Below, piece after piece: positions 42,291 to 57,036 of a stretch of 64,000 bases of DNA (position 1 is the first letter of the stretch; each line of letters opens with the position of its first letter). The position numbers and the translations under genes are program-made. The DNA comes from Octopus vulgaris (Eukaryota): assembly GCA_951406725.2 (NCBI GenBank), contig OX597835.1:45446001-45510000 (forward strand), written 5' to 3'. The notes beneath the pieces were generated by a model. That model had not been told where the DNA came from and did no database searches. It saw nothing but the letters and a program-made list of their open reading frames with translations.

Positions 42291-43104
42291 TTCTCCAAAT
42301 ATGAACAAAGAGAAAACACAAACAACGCAATATATATAATTAAAACAATAAATAGAAATAGCTTTTGTGATAATTTTTCCACTTCAATAACTGGATGTTT
42401 ATACAGGAAAAATTATCAGAATAGGCATTTATATGCATTATTTTTAAAACTATAATACTGTGCCAAGGATTTGCCATTTCTTATTCTACAATATGTGTGT
42501 GTGTGTGTGTGTGTGTACATACATATAAGTCTAAGACATGCATGTAGCATTACAACGGTAAGTAAAAAAACATCGGCGAATTACCTCAGGAACTTTCAAG
42601 AAATAATTAGCCGTAGTGCAGAATAAGCGAAGTAACGAGAAGATTAATAAATGGCAATATTCAACAATTAACAGAGTTATTCGCAGTAAATATCTTAACG
42701 AAATTTTCCAACAAGGGAACTACAACACCTACAAAGTAATAGATACGAACCATATTAGCTTCCCTGAAAATTGATGTTGTGGAGTTGTTTAATTCGTTTT
42801 AAGTAGAAAAGTGTATGCTTTAATTAGAAAATATGAGCTGAGATGTTTTTGAACGGCAATCTCTTGTGTAATGTGTTTCTAGCGTGAAATTCGAAAGTGT
42901 ACCTGGTGTCGAACGTTCGATAAAAACAGTAATTAACAAAATTTGATGAAACTTTGGCCTCATGCTGGTTGCTGGGATACATTGCAAGGAAAAACTTTTG
43001 TGCACTTATCAGCATACAGCAAGTGATATATGTAACCTCATCTACTTGTGCATAGAAAATTACATACACCCATCAAACACAAAGTTATGTACAACGCACA
43101 ATAT

Positions 43105-43191
<87 letters not shown>

Positions 43192-43202
<11 letters not shown>

Positions 43203-43760
43203 GAGGGCATTATTACACATAAATGTCACACGCTAGGAGAGGCTTTCAAAGTCATTACTACCTAAAATAAACGAATCGTACCGAATGCAGCTCTGGAAGC
43301 AAGACATTTAAAAACAGAATTTAGCTCCAGATCACCTGTGATTTCGCAATTAACGTATTATCTACGTCTTTTGTTCAACAGTGGAACGAATTCAAAACAT
43401 ATCAAGAATGAACAAAACCAACATACCCGGCAGAACCAAACAGACAACCGTCGCCTCCATCGTAGCACATAGAAATGTTCATTCATCATATATTTATGTA
43501 ATTGGCGGGCTTTTTCGAACTGCATTTCGGTAGGGAACGTGTTTCTTCGGAACAAATTTAACAATTAAGGATAAAATCTTAATAAGAAATCTTAAGAAAT
43601 TATCAGGTAGTTAGCGTGATAAACCTCATAAGAGAAAAAAATCTGAAGATTTTTTCACTTGAAAATATTTATTTATATTATATAGAGGGCATTATTACAC
43701 ATAAATGCCACACGCTAGATGGACTTTCAAAATCATTACTACCAAAAATAAACGAATCGT
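43192..43760. repeat. Direct repeats of about 87 bp flanking about 395 bp
   Basis: TATAGAGGGCATTATTACACATAAATG...AAATAAACGAATCGT at 43192-43279 and 43674-43760. Confidence 0.9.
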
Positions 43761-43772
43761 TTATATATATGG

Positions 43773-43904
<132 letters not shown>

Positions 43905-44269
43905 ACATATATAACAATGATTCCCAAAAATATGTCTCCGGATTCAGTCTGAATGTTATTTTTACGAATTAGAATATTTAACTATGAAAATATGTTACAA
44001 ATGCAAAGTATCAGAGATTAGTTACACTAATTAGTTTTCCTAGCTGTTGACATCTCCAAAAACATTAACCTGAAAATAGCCCTGTTTTGGAAACGGGGAG
44101 TGACATGTCTGCTACTTATTGTTGTCGGTGATGCATTCTTTAGCTTCATAATGTTTAGTCCCGTGTCAAGTACGGTCGGGTAGAATTACTGGTATAGGAA
44201 CAACAATCGGGATAACGCTGTTATGTATAGAGTTATCGCAATTCGTAGCGTATCTAATAATGTTTTCAC

Positions 44270-44505
44270 AATTTGTCACAAAGTTAGCAATTTCGGGGTA
44301 GCAGGTAAATCGATTACTTCGACTGGTCCCTATTTTTTCGAGCCGGAAAGGATGAAAGACAAAGTCCAACTCGGTGATCTCAGAATGTACAGACGGTCTA
44401 TACAGAATGTTTAGACGATTTTCCCAACTCACCGCCCTTTGACGGACGAAATGCCATTAAGCATTTTACCCGGTATATTTAGTATTGTGCCAGCACGCCG
44501 CATTT
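44270..44505 (-). mobile_element. SINE family B, diverged or rearranged
   Basis: GAAAGGATGAAAGACAAAGTC, GACGAAATGCC and TGCCAGCACGCCGC blocks. Confidence 0.7.
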
Positions 44506-44926
44506 GTTATGTATTAAATATTACAAAAATGTATTGTGTCCTTACTTTCATTCCCAGCAGGTAGTTGTGATTAGAATTGAACAATATAATCATTTTACGA
44601 TAGAAAGATTTCCTTTTTCTGATAACTTCCATAGAGTATGTTTTTAGGTCTAGATCAAATATGTTTTACAAAGCAATGAATAGAAGCATTGGATTTGCAA
44701 ATAACAATTTCTTTTTCACTAGACATAGGAAATTAGGACTTCAATATCTATATTTGCAACAGAAAGTAAAGTGGTATTTGACTACCATTTTTCAAACAGG
44801 TAAACTGTCATGGAAGTTGCATCATATAGATCGTAAACAATTTTTCCCAAACAATTTACCTTTGCCTATACACACAAACGGAAACTCACGCATATATGTA
44901 CCCACAGAGAAGAAAACGATTTACAA

Positions 44927-44958
<32 letters not shown>

Positions 44959-45221
44959 ATGTATGTATCTGTGTAATAGATACGTCCATATACACACACC
45001 CGCCCACATACGCACACACACTAATATATATGTATATGAATGTACATATGTATGTATATATGTATATATGAATACATATATATACATATATATCTGTGTG
45101 CGTTCATATGTATATGCATACATATACATACGTATATATGTCAGTATGCATACATATATATATATATATATAAAATTATGTGTATATATATATATATATA
45201 TTTATGTATATATACATACAT

Positions 45222-45263
<42 letters not shown>

Positions 45264-45309
45264 GCATATATATATATATAAATATATATGTATGTATATA
45301 TATATATAT

Positions 45310-45367
<58 letters not shown>

Positions 45368-45977
45368 ATATATATGCATATGGAATAAATGTACGTACAG
45401 GTAGACCGCTGCTTTCATTTTTATGATGATTTCCACATTTCATATGAATCAAATCTGTACCATTTTCCTGATTTATTTCAAATCACTTCGCCAATAAAAT
45501 ACCTATTGCTTCTATAAACTGATTTATTTCTCTCGCCTTTATGATGTATTCTGTGTTACGCTATATACCATTTAAACGATTCTGAAGCTATCTTTGGTCT
45601 TCATGGTCGACATTGATGAACTTCCTATCAACAATAACTTTTAGATTATATCAACTTATCAATAATTTATTTTGACACTTCTGGTCGTGAATTGAATCTC
45701 TCTTTTATTTTATTTACTTATATATTTATTAACTGTTTCATTTTTTGTTTCTTTTTTGGTTCTGGCATTCGCTATTTTCGAAAACTGTGAAAAATTATGA
45801 TCGTATTTGATATTTATATGTGTGTTTATTGGTGATTTGTTTTCACTCAAAAAGATGATGGAAAGAGAATATTGAAATGCATTTAGTTGTTTCACTCACT
45901 GGCTTTTTCGTTCCCTTTCTCCCTCTCCATCTTCTCACTCACTCTCTATTGTACACATATATATCCGCATGTATGTG

Positions 45978-46045
<68 letters not shown>

Positions 46046-46469
46046 AAGTATATGTAGCTATATATATATGTAGCTATATATATATATATATTTATAGATG
46101 TACGTTCGTATGTATTCATGTATGTAAAAATATAAGTGGGGTTATGTAACTTTGTATATATTCATATAGTGAAAATATGGCAGCTTCAGTATGAAATTAT
46201 TACGTTACATCTTAACACGTGTTTCTGTGGCAATTACGTAAAGACACCATAATATTTAGTGATTCCTAACTCTTCTTATGCGGTGACTTTCCAGCAGCAT
46301 TGAGTGCGATGAATCGCCGCATACAGCGTCATAAGCCTCTAAGCAGTTGCACAAACATTACATATTTCGGTAGCATTATACACTTTTATCTCATGCTTAC
46401 ACTTTTATCTCATACTTACACACATTTACACACACAAATATATATATATATATGTATATATTATGTACG

Positions 46470-46539
<70 letters not shown>

Positions 46540-46563
46540 TATATGTATGTATGTAGTATGTAC

Positions 46564-46641
<78 letters not shown>

Positions 46642-46929
46642 ATATATATGTATGCATGTATTATGTACGTGTATATATGTATATATATGAATTTATAAAT
46701 AAGAATAATATCGATATTTAAATATCGGTATTATCACGTGGCCCGCATGGGAATAAATAAAGCTAGAAATCTACGATCTTGAATCATTCAGTAATATCTT
46801 TTTGCTAGTCTATTTTGTCCCTCTGTCTTATCTCATGGTGCGATATGAACATTTAAGGTGGTTCTCAGAGACAGTGATTTGACTGCTATTTCGGCATGGT
46901 GGTGTCTCTCAGACACCCTTATTTTTAGT

Positions 46930-46965
<36 letters not shown>

Positions 46966-47881
46966 GCACCATAGATGCGTCATTATTCATAGGTACTGCA
47001 GCTAGGTGCAATGAAATACAAGTGACAGGAATATGAATATCATATTCATAATCATATAGCGATGCCCGAAGAAATCTTGACAATAAAGTCCTATTTACAG
47101 AACAACGGGCGGTCCTCTTCTACAGCACAGCACCAAGTCTATCGATTCTCTTTATATTTCTTTCTATCTGGGTGCAATTATTGCATAAGTTATTTGGTCA
47201 AACGCGGAAAAAAAAATCTGTTGTTCATTCGTCACATTTTTAATAATGATTTTATACGATGTAATAATATAAAACATTAGTTGATGTTGAATTTTTCAAT
47301 TTGTTTATCATTTGTTTTTGTTTGTTTTTTCTGTAGAAAATTATGATGGTGTTGAAATATCATAAATATGTCTTGCAAGAATATATCCTGAAGAAATAAT
47401 TTTTCAAGAAAAAAATTTCTATACTGTTATGAATGAATGAAAAATTTATAGTTTAAAATTGTTTTTTACACTAAAAACAGCATATGCACACAAGCACACA
47501 CAGAAAGAAGCAAGCAAATACAATACATACGGATAATACAAAAATATTGATATATTTATAAATTGATAGAAAAATAATAAAACATCGAAAGTAGAAGAAA
47601 AAGATAAAATAAAAGATTGCATTAAAGACAGACGAAAGAAAAACCAAAGCAGAACAGCAACAATAATAGGAAGACTAAAATTAACGACAAAAACTAATAG
47701 AAATTTCATGTAAAGAATATTTTTCAATGTAATTCAGCGTTTCCTTTCTTCCACTGACTGCGGCCTTTCGATTTCTGTTCTATTATGATTCTCTTACTTT
47801 CGATTACGATATCTTCTCGTCTACTGCTCTCTGTCAGCGTGTATATATACACACATACGTATGTATGTAAACGTGTATGTA

Positions 47882-47925
<44 letters not shown>

Positions 47926-48009
47926 TGTATATATATATATGTATTTATATATATATATATATGCATTAATATTACTACGATTGATATATATATATATATA
48001 TTTTTCTAC

Positions 48010-48066
<57 letters not shown>

Positions 48067-48599
48067 ATGTACGGCCACAAATATATGCTTATACATGCTT
48101 ACATACACATGTACCTGCATATCTGTATGTTTGTGTGAGTGTGTGCATGCGTGTTTGTGTGTATGTAGTTACATACACGCACGTGGAAGAGAGAGAAATA
48201 GAGGGAGAGAGAATGAGAGAGAGGGAGAGAGAGAGACTAATGCAGTTCTCGAAAATAACGCTTTGTTTATGTATATCACTCCATTGTTATCTTTCAAGTT
48301 TTGCGCATTTTCTTTCATGATGCTCTGTTTTGTGTCAGGTATTTGTGCAATTACCAACCTGCGCTCTTATACTTTAGTGCCCTCCGTAAATACGACCCTA
48401 ATCAATACTCTACTCTTAGGGTCTCTTCATCCTTTTCGTTGCAGACTGAATTCGACACAGGTTGTTCGGTTTAAATCTGACGATTCTTTTTATTCCTTTG
48501 CATTGGTGAACAGTCAACAATGGTGGAAAATCTCAAAGATTAATGTTGCAGTTAAGAAAAAGCTTAAGATGACGTGTTGACTGAAAATCATTTCAACGT

Positions 48600-49150
48600 T
48601 CGAAACGAGTTGTTTGTATTTTAATGTTTCACGTTGCGCATCATAATAACTGCTTATCAATGCTCTGTGAGCACAACAACGGCAGTAGATTGTGGCATGA
48701 ATAGCTACGATTGAGACTACGAAAACAAGGCCAGCACGACATCTTTGAAGAATGCTCTTAGTCTCAACTAAGATGGCTACGTGAAGCCGCGAGACACTGT
48801 GGTCAATTTCTGGCTGGTGATGGCTGCTGCTCGAAGGACATATGTGTGGCAACAAGTTTCGATTCCTTGCCAAACATCTGGAAGGATTCAGAAGTGTAGT
48901 CAGAGAATTTCTACGACTTAACCGACGCGGATTTCTGGCCTACAAATTTACCAATTGCAATCCGATGGGTTGCTAACCTGGGTTACTAACTGTGGGCCAC
49001 TATTCCTGCATAACCAAAGTTGAGAGTGCAGCCTAAATCAAGGAGGTGATAGATGATCTTTCCAGGGTCACAGCGAGGAACCTATGTACCAGGCTGCTGA
49101 ATAAACTTGAGATCCTGGTTGAAGCTTAAAAAGACTAGTATGAGTTACCT
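48600..49150 (+). mobile_element. Decayed Tc1/mariner-superfamily transposase, maT/DD37D (Bmmar1)-like
   Basis: TYVWQQVSIPCQTS (YVxQQDSAPxH), SENFYDLTDADFWPTNLP/NCNPM (WPPNSPDxNPxD), IKEV and KLEILVEA relics. Confidence 0.7.
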
Positions 49151-49179
49151 GTTTTCTCACAGTTATAATATAATTGACA

Positions 49180-49569
49180 GTGGGAGGCGCAATGGCCCAG
49201 TGGTTAGGGCAGCGGACTCGCGGTCATAGGATCGCGGTTTCGATTCCCAGACCTGGCGTTGTGAGTGTTTATTGAGCGAAAACACCTAAAGCTCCACGAG
49301 CCTCTGGCAGGGGATGGTGGTGATCCCTGCTGTACTCTTTCACCACAACTTTCTCTCACTCTTACTTCCTGTTTCTGTTGTACCTGTATTTCAAAGGGCC
49401 AGCCTTGTCACTCTCTGTGTCACGCTGAATATCCCCGAGAACTACGTTAAGGGTACACGTGTCTGTGGAGTGCTCAGCCACTTACACGTTAATTTCACGA
49501 GCAGGCTGTTCCGTTGATTCGGATCAACCGGAACCCTCGTCGTCGTAACCGACGGAGTGCTTCCAGTCC
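49180..49569 (+). mobile_element. tRNA-derived SINE family C, full-length with TSD
   Basis: Head GGAGGCGCAATGGCCCAGTGGTTAGGGCAGCGGACTCGCGGTC...GTTTCGATTCCC with A and B boxes; TSD AATATAAT(T/A)GACA at 49167-49179 and 49570-49582. Confidence 0.92.
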
Positions 49570-50118
49570 AATATAATAGACAAGTTTTGGTTCTTTAAAA
49601 ATCCTTTCATTTTTGTGTTCCTTTACTTTTATGCAAAACATCAAACTCACACCAAATACTCGGTATATGCTATTTAGTTATTTCTCTACCGTAGTATTTT
49701 CTATCTCTTTCAATGCTGCAATCACAGATAATTCTTTACGCATTAATTATGTTATCACCATGAATTCATAATTACATAACAACATTTAATTGTGCTCTCT
49801 TCACTTCTACTCATCTTAATGCTTGTCAGTGTATCTGTCACCATTTTTTCGTTCCTCCAACAGGATATTTAAACAGATCTTCTCCCTTCATTTCCGTCAC
49901 TTTTACAGTAAGTAATTAAGCAATCAAGCCGAGCTCTTTTTATAACTCTTTCATTTTCTTGCATTAATACCAAAATCGCCATCTTTCCTTTAAACTTTTG
50001 AATACTATCACTGAAAGTGGACGATACTTAAAAAAAATAAGTCTTGTGAGTGTGAAGGGATATAATGAAAGAAATAAACGGAAAAAAAGCATTGAATATG
50101 CGAAAAAAATTAAAATGT

Positions 50119-50365
50119 CACTACTACCACCACCAGCGCCATCACCACCACCACTGCCGCCGCCACCTCCACTACCGCCGCCGCCACCTCCACAATCACC
50201 GCCGCCACCACCACCACCACCGCCGCCGCCGCCGCTGCCACCTCCACCACCACCGCCACCGCCGTCGTCACCACCACCACCACCCACGCCGCCACCACCC
50301 ACGCCGCCGCCACCACCACCACCACCACCACCACCACCACCACCACCACCACCACCACCACCACC

Positions 50366-50428
<63 letters not shown>

Positions 50429-50447
50429 GCCGCTGCTACAGCAACAA
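50119..50447. repeat. (CCA)n/(CCG)n/(CTA)n tract
   Basis: Directly visible; explains the poly-P, poly-G and poly-H ORFs. Confidence 0.95.
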
Positions 50448-51104
50448 TAAATTAATAACATTAGTAAATAAATGGTTGATTAGCAAGTGCCACAGATATA
50501 TTTAACGCATCCAATACAGTCTCTTTCGTTCATATTCTTGGCATTGAGTTCCTCACGAAATTCAGATTGTTACGCAAGTCCTAAACATAACATTATAAGC
50601 GTTAATTCATGTTTGTCTATAACCACAAAGGAACAGAACGAGATCCGTCTACGTGATGTTCTCCTGTTTTATTTTTTTTTCCTTTGCAGACAACTGACTC
50701 TCGGAACATCAAGCAACACATTTCTGTTTTATGCGTTTGTTTCACCGTCGGAGCTGTTTGCAAAAAAACGTTTATGTAAACCAACTCACACACGCGTGCA
50801 AACAAGCGCGCATACACACGCGCACAAAACACTTGCGTTTATTATAATATACATCTATATACACGTGAATGCGCAAGATATGCCTGTGTGTATATATATA
50901 TATATACATATGTGTGTATATATGTATACATATATATGCATATATATACATACATACATACACACACGCACATATATATAAATATATCATGGCTACCGAA
51001 TAATTGTCACACATTAATTTTACACACGCACACACACACGCACACACACACGCCCACACGCACACACACACATGCACACACGCACACACACATGCACACA
51101 CACA

Positions 51105-51168
<64 letters not shown>

Positions 51169-51763
51169 CGTATATGTTTGCATATGTATAAACATTTACA
51201 TTTATAGAGGTATGTAATTGAGTCTATGCGTATCTACGAATCTGTCTCTATATTATGTTGAAAGCAATTTCTCTGTGAGTCTGAGACAAAATGTAAAGAA
51301 ACCAGGATGCACGTGTTATGATATTCCTTTACAGACTGTGGTTTTTATTATTTTTTTCTTGTTTTTGTTTTTGTATGTGTGTTTTTCTCTTGCTCTTGTT
51401 TCTAACAGTGAAGCCGTGACAGATTTTAGAGACGACCATCACGCATACATTGTTAAATAGAACGGCCAGAGGCAGTTTGGGATGGAATGTTCTTTATGAA
51501 ATTTTAAAACACAGACATAACCAACACAGCGAGTATCTCCAGCATCAATGCCATTTCCGTCGAAAAAAAAAAAAGAAACAAAAAAAATGTTAAAAGCGAA
51601 AGTAGAAAATCAAAAATCCATTTGCAAGAAATGGTTTTAATTGATGTTGACGAACTTTGCTGGTTGTTGTGAGAGACAACAATGGAAACGGTTGGCAACG
51701 GCCATATTCTTGCTGTAGTCGTTGTTGTTACTGTTATGTCTGTCGCAGATGCTGTAACTGTTC

Positions 51764-51764
<1 letters not shown>

Positions 51765-51797
<33 letters not shown>

Positions 51798-51920
51798 CAT
51801 TGACGAAAACAACAACGAATCCGCTGCGGCTGTTGCTGCTGCCGCTGTTGCTGGTGTTGCTGCTGATATGACTGTTGCTGTTGCTGCTGTTGCTGCTGCT
51901 GTTTTTGTTGCTGTTGCTGC

Positions 51921-51976
<56 letters not shown>

Positions 51977-52180
51977 TTGCTGTTCTTTTGCTGCTGCTGT
52001 TACTGCAGCTGTTACTGTTGCTGTTGCTGCTGCTGTTTTTGTTGATGTCGTTGTTGCTGCTGCTGTTGTTGCTGCTGCTGCTACAACGGTTGCTGCTGTT
52101 GCTGTTGATGCTGTTACTGCTGCTGTTTTTGTTGATGTCGTTGTTGCTGCTGCTGTTGCTGCTGCTGTTGCTGCTTTTGT
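51765..52180. repeat. (GAT)n then (GCT/GTT)n tract
   Basis: Directly visible; followed by (TACA)n at 52311-52440. Confidence 0.9.
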
Positions 52181-52760
52181 TCATGATGATAGTTAAGCTG
52201 AAGATAACCATGACGGTGGTGTTGATGATGATAGCAATTGTGACTAGTCTAGATATGTAGGTATATGCATGAGAAGACATACATAAAACAAAACATACAA
52301 CTCTGCACGTATACATACATACATATATACATACATACATACATACATACATACATACATACATACATACATACATACATACATACATACATACATACAT
52401 ACATACATACATACATACATACATACATACATACATACACATGATGATGAGGAGGATTATCGGAACAATGATAGAAAACTTGAACGGTCACTAATAAGAC
52501 GATCACTATCGGAAACACGGAGGACAAACATTTCCTGTGAAAACATTGAATGCGCAAAGCCACACAGATTTCCGCGATAGACGTATCCACACAAACTTAT
52601 GCCTTCCTTCTCGAATGTTTGGAATTTCGATACAAAATCATATGTACGTCTATAAGTGAATGTTTAACGGAGAATGATGTGACAGCTACTGATCGCGACA
52701 ATGTTTTTTTCATCCAATGAGATTAAGAATTTGTGATATATGCTAATGCATTTGAATATC

Positions 52761-52810
<50 letters not shown>

Positions 52811-52814
<4 letters not shown>

Positions 52815-53033
52815 CTTTAGTACCCACAAGGGGCTACACACAGAGGGGACAAATAAGGACAGACAAACGGATTACGTCGACCCCAGTGCGTGACTGGTAC
52901 TTAATTTATCGACCCCGAAAGGATGAACGGCAAAGTCGACCTCGGCGGAATTTGAACTCAGAACGTAACGGCAGGCGAAATACAGCTACGGAATTCGCCC
53001 AGCGTGCTAACGTTTCTGCCAGCTCGCCGCCTT
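52811..53033 (-). mobile_element. SINE family B monomer with tail X, ending in (TA)n
   Basis: Full head AAGGCGGCGAGCTGGCAGAAACGTTAG to tail CCCTTGTGGGTACTAAAGAAAT. Confidence 0.9.
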
Positions 53034-53869
53034 ATGTGTATATGTATATATATATATACATATGTGTGTGTGTGTGTTTGTGTGTTTGTTTGTATATGCG
53101 TGTGTATGTGTGTGTATCTTATGCTTTATCTCTCAATTGTTAAAGTCGCTGGGGTACGGTGATATTGAGGTACGTCTTTAAAGGGAATAATTGAAAATAT
53201 CGCACCATCATCTTATTTTTAAGCTTCTTTCTTAATCTATCCGATCTTCCGCCAAGTCAGTAGCTCACAGGGACGTATATCGACAAATGCAGGTTTTCAA
53301 GCGTCGGACAAATATTAGGAACAGAGATTCTAACAAACACACACACATCCGTACATATATATGTAGGTATGTACATATTTGTATGTATAAATGCATATAT
53401 TTATATATTATTTATATTATTATATGATCGAACACAACGCGTCCTTTTCCAAGTTTTATCTTAATAATTACGATGCGCACTCTTTTCCTATCTCTTCTAT
53501 CTCTTCTCTGTCTCTCTGTCTCTCTCCCTCTCTTGTTCTTCACCCTTTCTGGTTTTCTCTCAGATCCTTCCCTATTCTTCCCCTCACTTCTTCATGTGTT
53601 TATGTTGATTGTTAAAGAGTTAACTTTTCCTGCAACTTCAGTTGCAGTAAAACACAACAACACTAATAATATACGGAGATCATTTGATTTGGTTCCTCTA
53701 TGACATTATTGTTTTCAATAAAAATTTCCTGGAAGCGAATGAACATGAATGCGCAGATACTGATATATATATATACTTACAGAAACACACACACACACAC
53801 ATATACACACAGGTACTTATATATGCATACACACATACATACATGCCTATATATATATATATATATAAG

Positions 53870-54018
53870 CAAGCTGGCAAACTAGTTGCCGCTTAGATCA
53901 AAATGCTTAGTGTCTTTCTTCCGGCTTTAGGTTCAAATGCCGTCGCGGTCGACTGGAGTCGATGTAATTGATTTAAACTCAACCCTTGCCATGTTGGTCT
54001 TGTGCCAAAATTAGAATC
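53870..54018 (+). mobile_element. SINE family B, deleted and diverged copy (tail Y)
   Basis: AAGCTGGCAAA head, GGTTCAAAT, GTCGATGTAATTGA and CTTGTGCCAAAATTAGAA tail. Confidence 0.65.
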
Positions 54019-54414
54019 CTATAAATGTGTGTATATGCGTAAGTTGGCAGTTATGAACTTATCACTCTGCTAGCTAACATTTTTCCTGTTTTCTTCAAAA
54101 TACTTGTATATACATTTATATATAATGTAATGTTCCATTATAGATAATTCAACAAAAGTATTACTTCATCTGGTGTGAGATAAATATTATGCTTTTAAGG
54201 ACACAATGTATACTTATATAAGTTTAGAAATATCTCAAACGTATTAATCTGGCACAGACCGTATATCATAACGAACCAAAAATAATTATGTGAAGAAACA
54301 TGAAAAAAAGAGGAGGCAGCATATAGAAAACGCGGAAGGTTAAGAATGGAAAACGAAATAAAAAAAAAACATCAAGAAAAGGCGGAATTTTCCAATTCTT
54401 AAAAATATATTTAC

Positions 54415-54815
54415 ACATATGCTTACAACCGCTGTAAATTTCAGATCTACGGTCCTGAAGTGAGTTTTAGGAACTTAGATCTGAACAGGATCTTCGCTCT
54501 CTTAGTTGAACAAATCATACATTTCTTCGATCCCTTAACATTATGTTCCATGTAATCGCACGTAGTGTTTCGATATCTTTCAAACTCCATATGTAGCTAG
54601 ACAATTTAATAGTTTTTCTATTGTCTTTATGTCGGAAGAAGGCTATGTGTTTGGCATAGCGATTTTTAAATTCTCCTTCACATAATCCAGTATAGCTCTT
54701 TTTTAATTGTTATATTATTACTTCTGCTACATATATAATAGATTTATTCATACATCGTTGGTCAAGTGGACAGGATCCTGCGTCGTGACACCTACAACTG
54801 GATTTAGGCTTTTGG
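54415..54815 (-). mobile_element. Penelope-like element Cys linker plus GIY-YIG endonuclease (pseudogene)
   Basis: SCRCHDAGSCPLDQRCMNKSIIYVAEVII*QLKKSYTGLCEGEFKNRYAKHIAFFRH...KLSSYIWSLKD...ITWNI, then RRSEIYSGCKH. Not listed in the ORF track. Probably extends to about 55170. Confidence 0.85.
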
Positions 54816-55170
54816 CATTGAGCACGTAATGATACTCTTTATATTAGGGTAGAAAATACATGATAATTTCACAGAACGCTTATTCAGTAATTTCCTGTAT
54901 CTGTGAGTTACTGGAAAGTGTTTGTTTAGGAGGGATAGGAACTTCTTTTCACCTTTGTTAGTTTTTGTATTAAAGGTCAAATGATGGGTGAATCAAATAA
55001 TTTTCCTTGGTCTATTTTTAGTTCCCTTATTCTTATTATTATTCTCATTAATTTAGTGGGGTTATGCATTACGTTATCTGCGATGCAGCTAGATCTATTA
55101 TTATTATCAATCTGATTAATACTTGAAAGATTATATATTGATTTATTTTTGAAACCACTATGGGCTAGCG

Positions 55171-55219
<49 letters not shown>

Positions 55220-55220
<1 letters not shown>

Positions 55221-55675
55221 TGCAATTCAAAGGGCCAGCTTTGTCACATTCTGTGTTATACTGAAGTTCCCTGATAACTACATTAAGGGTACACGTGTCT
55301 GTGTAGTACTCAGTCACTTTCACGCTAATTGAATGAGCGTGTATACATATCCTTAACCCTCCGTCGTTATAAACGAAGGAAGTCCAAATGATCCGACCAA
55401 CGGAACTGTCTGCTCTGGAAATTAATCTATAATTGACAGAACACTCCACAGACACACAAACAGATATGCTTTAACTTAGTTCTGAGGAAGACTCAGCATG
55501 ACACTTCACAGGTTGGCCGTTTGAATTACAAGTACATATTATTCTTGCCAAGTGTTGACTCGAGATATGTGAAATAAAGTCTCTTTCGGAAGGACATAAC
55601 GCACTGACAGGGATCGAACTCAAGAACTGACAACCATGAGCCGAATACCATAACCATGAAGCCAAACGCCTTCAC
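55220..55675. mobile_element. Two diverged family C-related SINE pieces, tail to tail
   Basis: 55220-55385 (+) aligns to 49388-49560; 55388-55675 (-) carries the same tail and a tRNA-like head (GGGATCGAACTC). Confidence 0.7.
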
Positions 55676-55677
55676 TA

Positions 55678-55755
<78 letters not shown>

Positions 55756-56600
55756 TTATCTATCTGTCTGTCTATCTGTCTGTCTACCTATATGACTATC
55801 TATCTATGTATCTCTCTCTCAATATATGTGTGTGTGTATATATATTGGGAGAGATAGAGCGGGGGAAAAGATATGTATATATGTGTGTATGTGTGTGCAT
55901 ACGTGTGCATAGGTGTGTCTGTATGTATGCAAGTGTGTATGTATGTACGTATGTATGTATGTATGCAACATTATTTATGATTTTCTATTTCTATGCGATT
56001 CTTCCATCGCTACATTTGTACACTATACATTTTTTCCCTCTCCTTCTGCTGATATTTCAATATCAATGTTTACTTGTCTTTTGTCGTGTGTATTCATATT
56101 TATATATTCATTTATTCTTGACCTGTGCTCTTTTAATATTTTCATCTTTTCACATTTTGCATATAAATAACTCTTTGCTGATTACCAATAAAATGAATTA
56201 TGATATCCAATATTACATAAATGATGGCGACATGCGATGTTTTATCAGGTTAACTTTTGTGAAACTAACAATCTAATAATAATAACTATATTTTTGATAA
56301 GAAACATCAATTGTATAGTATTAAAATAGACTGTACATTAAGTAAGAGGCGATGGAGAATTATGTGTGCACGGTCATTGAAAGTTGTTAAATATTATAAT
56401 AAACTTTGTTTTAATGTCTGCGATAATTAAAAGAAAAATGAAGAACAATAGAAGCCGAACAAATAAGTTTATTTATTCATTGTTTGTATTTAATTATTCA
56501 AGATATGTATTTAAAATTTTCTGAAACAGAGATTTATGTATAAAATGACACAAATCTTTCTATCATAAATATTGCCATATATCTCTCTTAATATCAGTAT

Positions 56601-56737
56601 GCATGTATGTATGTATGTATGTATGTATGTATGTATGTATGTATGTATGTATGTATGTATGTATGTATGTATGTATGTATGTATGTATGTATGTATGTAT
56701 GTATGTATGTATGTATGTATGTATATATATATATATC
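56601..56737. repeat. (ATGT)n microsatellite
   Basis: Directly visible. Confidence 0.95.
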
Positions 56738-56955
56738 AAGTTGCTTATCTACCTATCTAATCTAACCATCCACCCCTTTCTCTATATATCAGCGTTTTCT
56801 GATGTATATATCGATACATGAAAGGTTGTATGGCTGAGTAACCAGATTCTTAACCATCTGTCTTGAGTTCAATCCTACAGCGCGTCAATTTGAGCTAGGG
56901 ATTTGTAACATATTCCAGGCCAACCAAACCATTTGAAGTAAATTTTGTTGTGTGC

Positions 56956-57036
<81 letters not shown>

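Noticed and set aside
49183-49255. tRNA gene
   Set aside because: The tRNA-like sequence continues into a SINE body with a TSD, recurs at 61593, and has no proper acceptor stem.
49998-50450. Poly-proline ORF (formin or extensin-like)
   Set aside because: (CCA/CCG)n grading into (CTA)n; no flanking domain.
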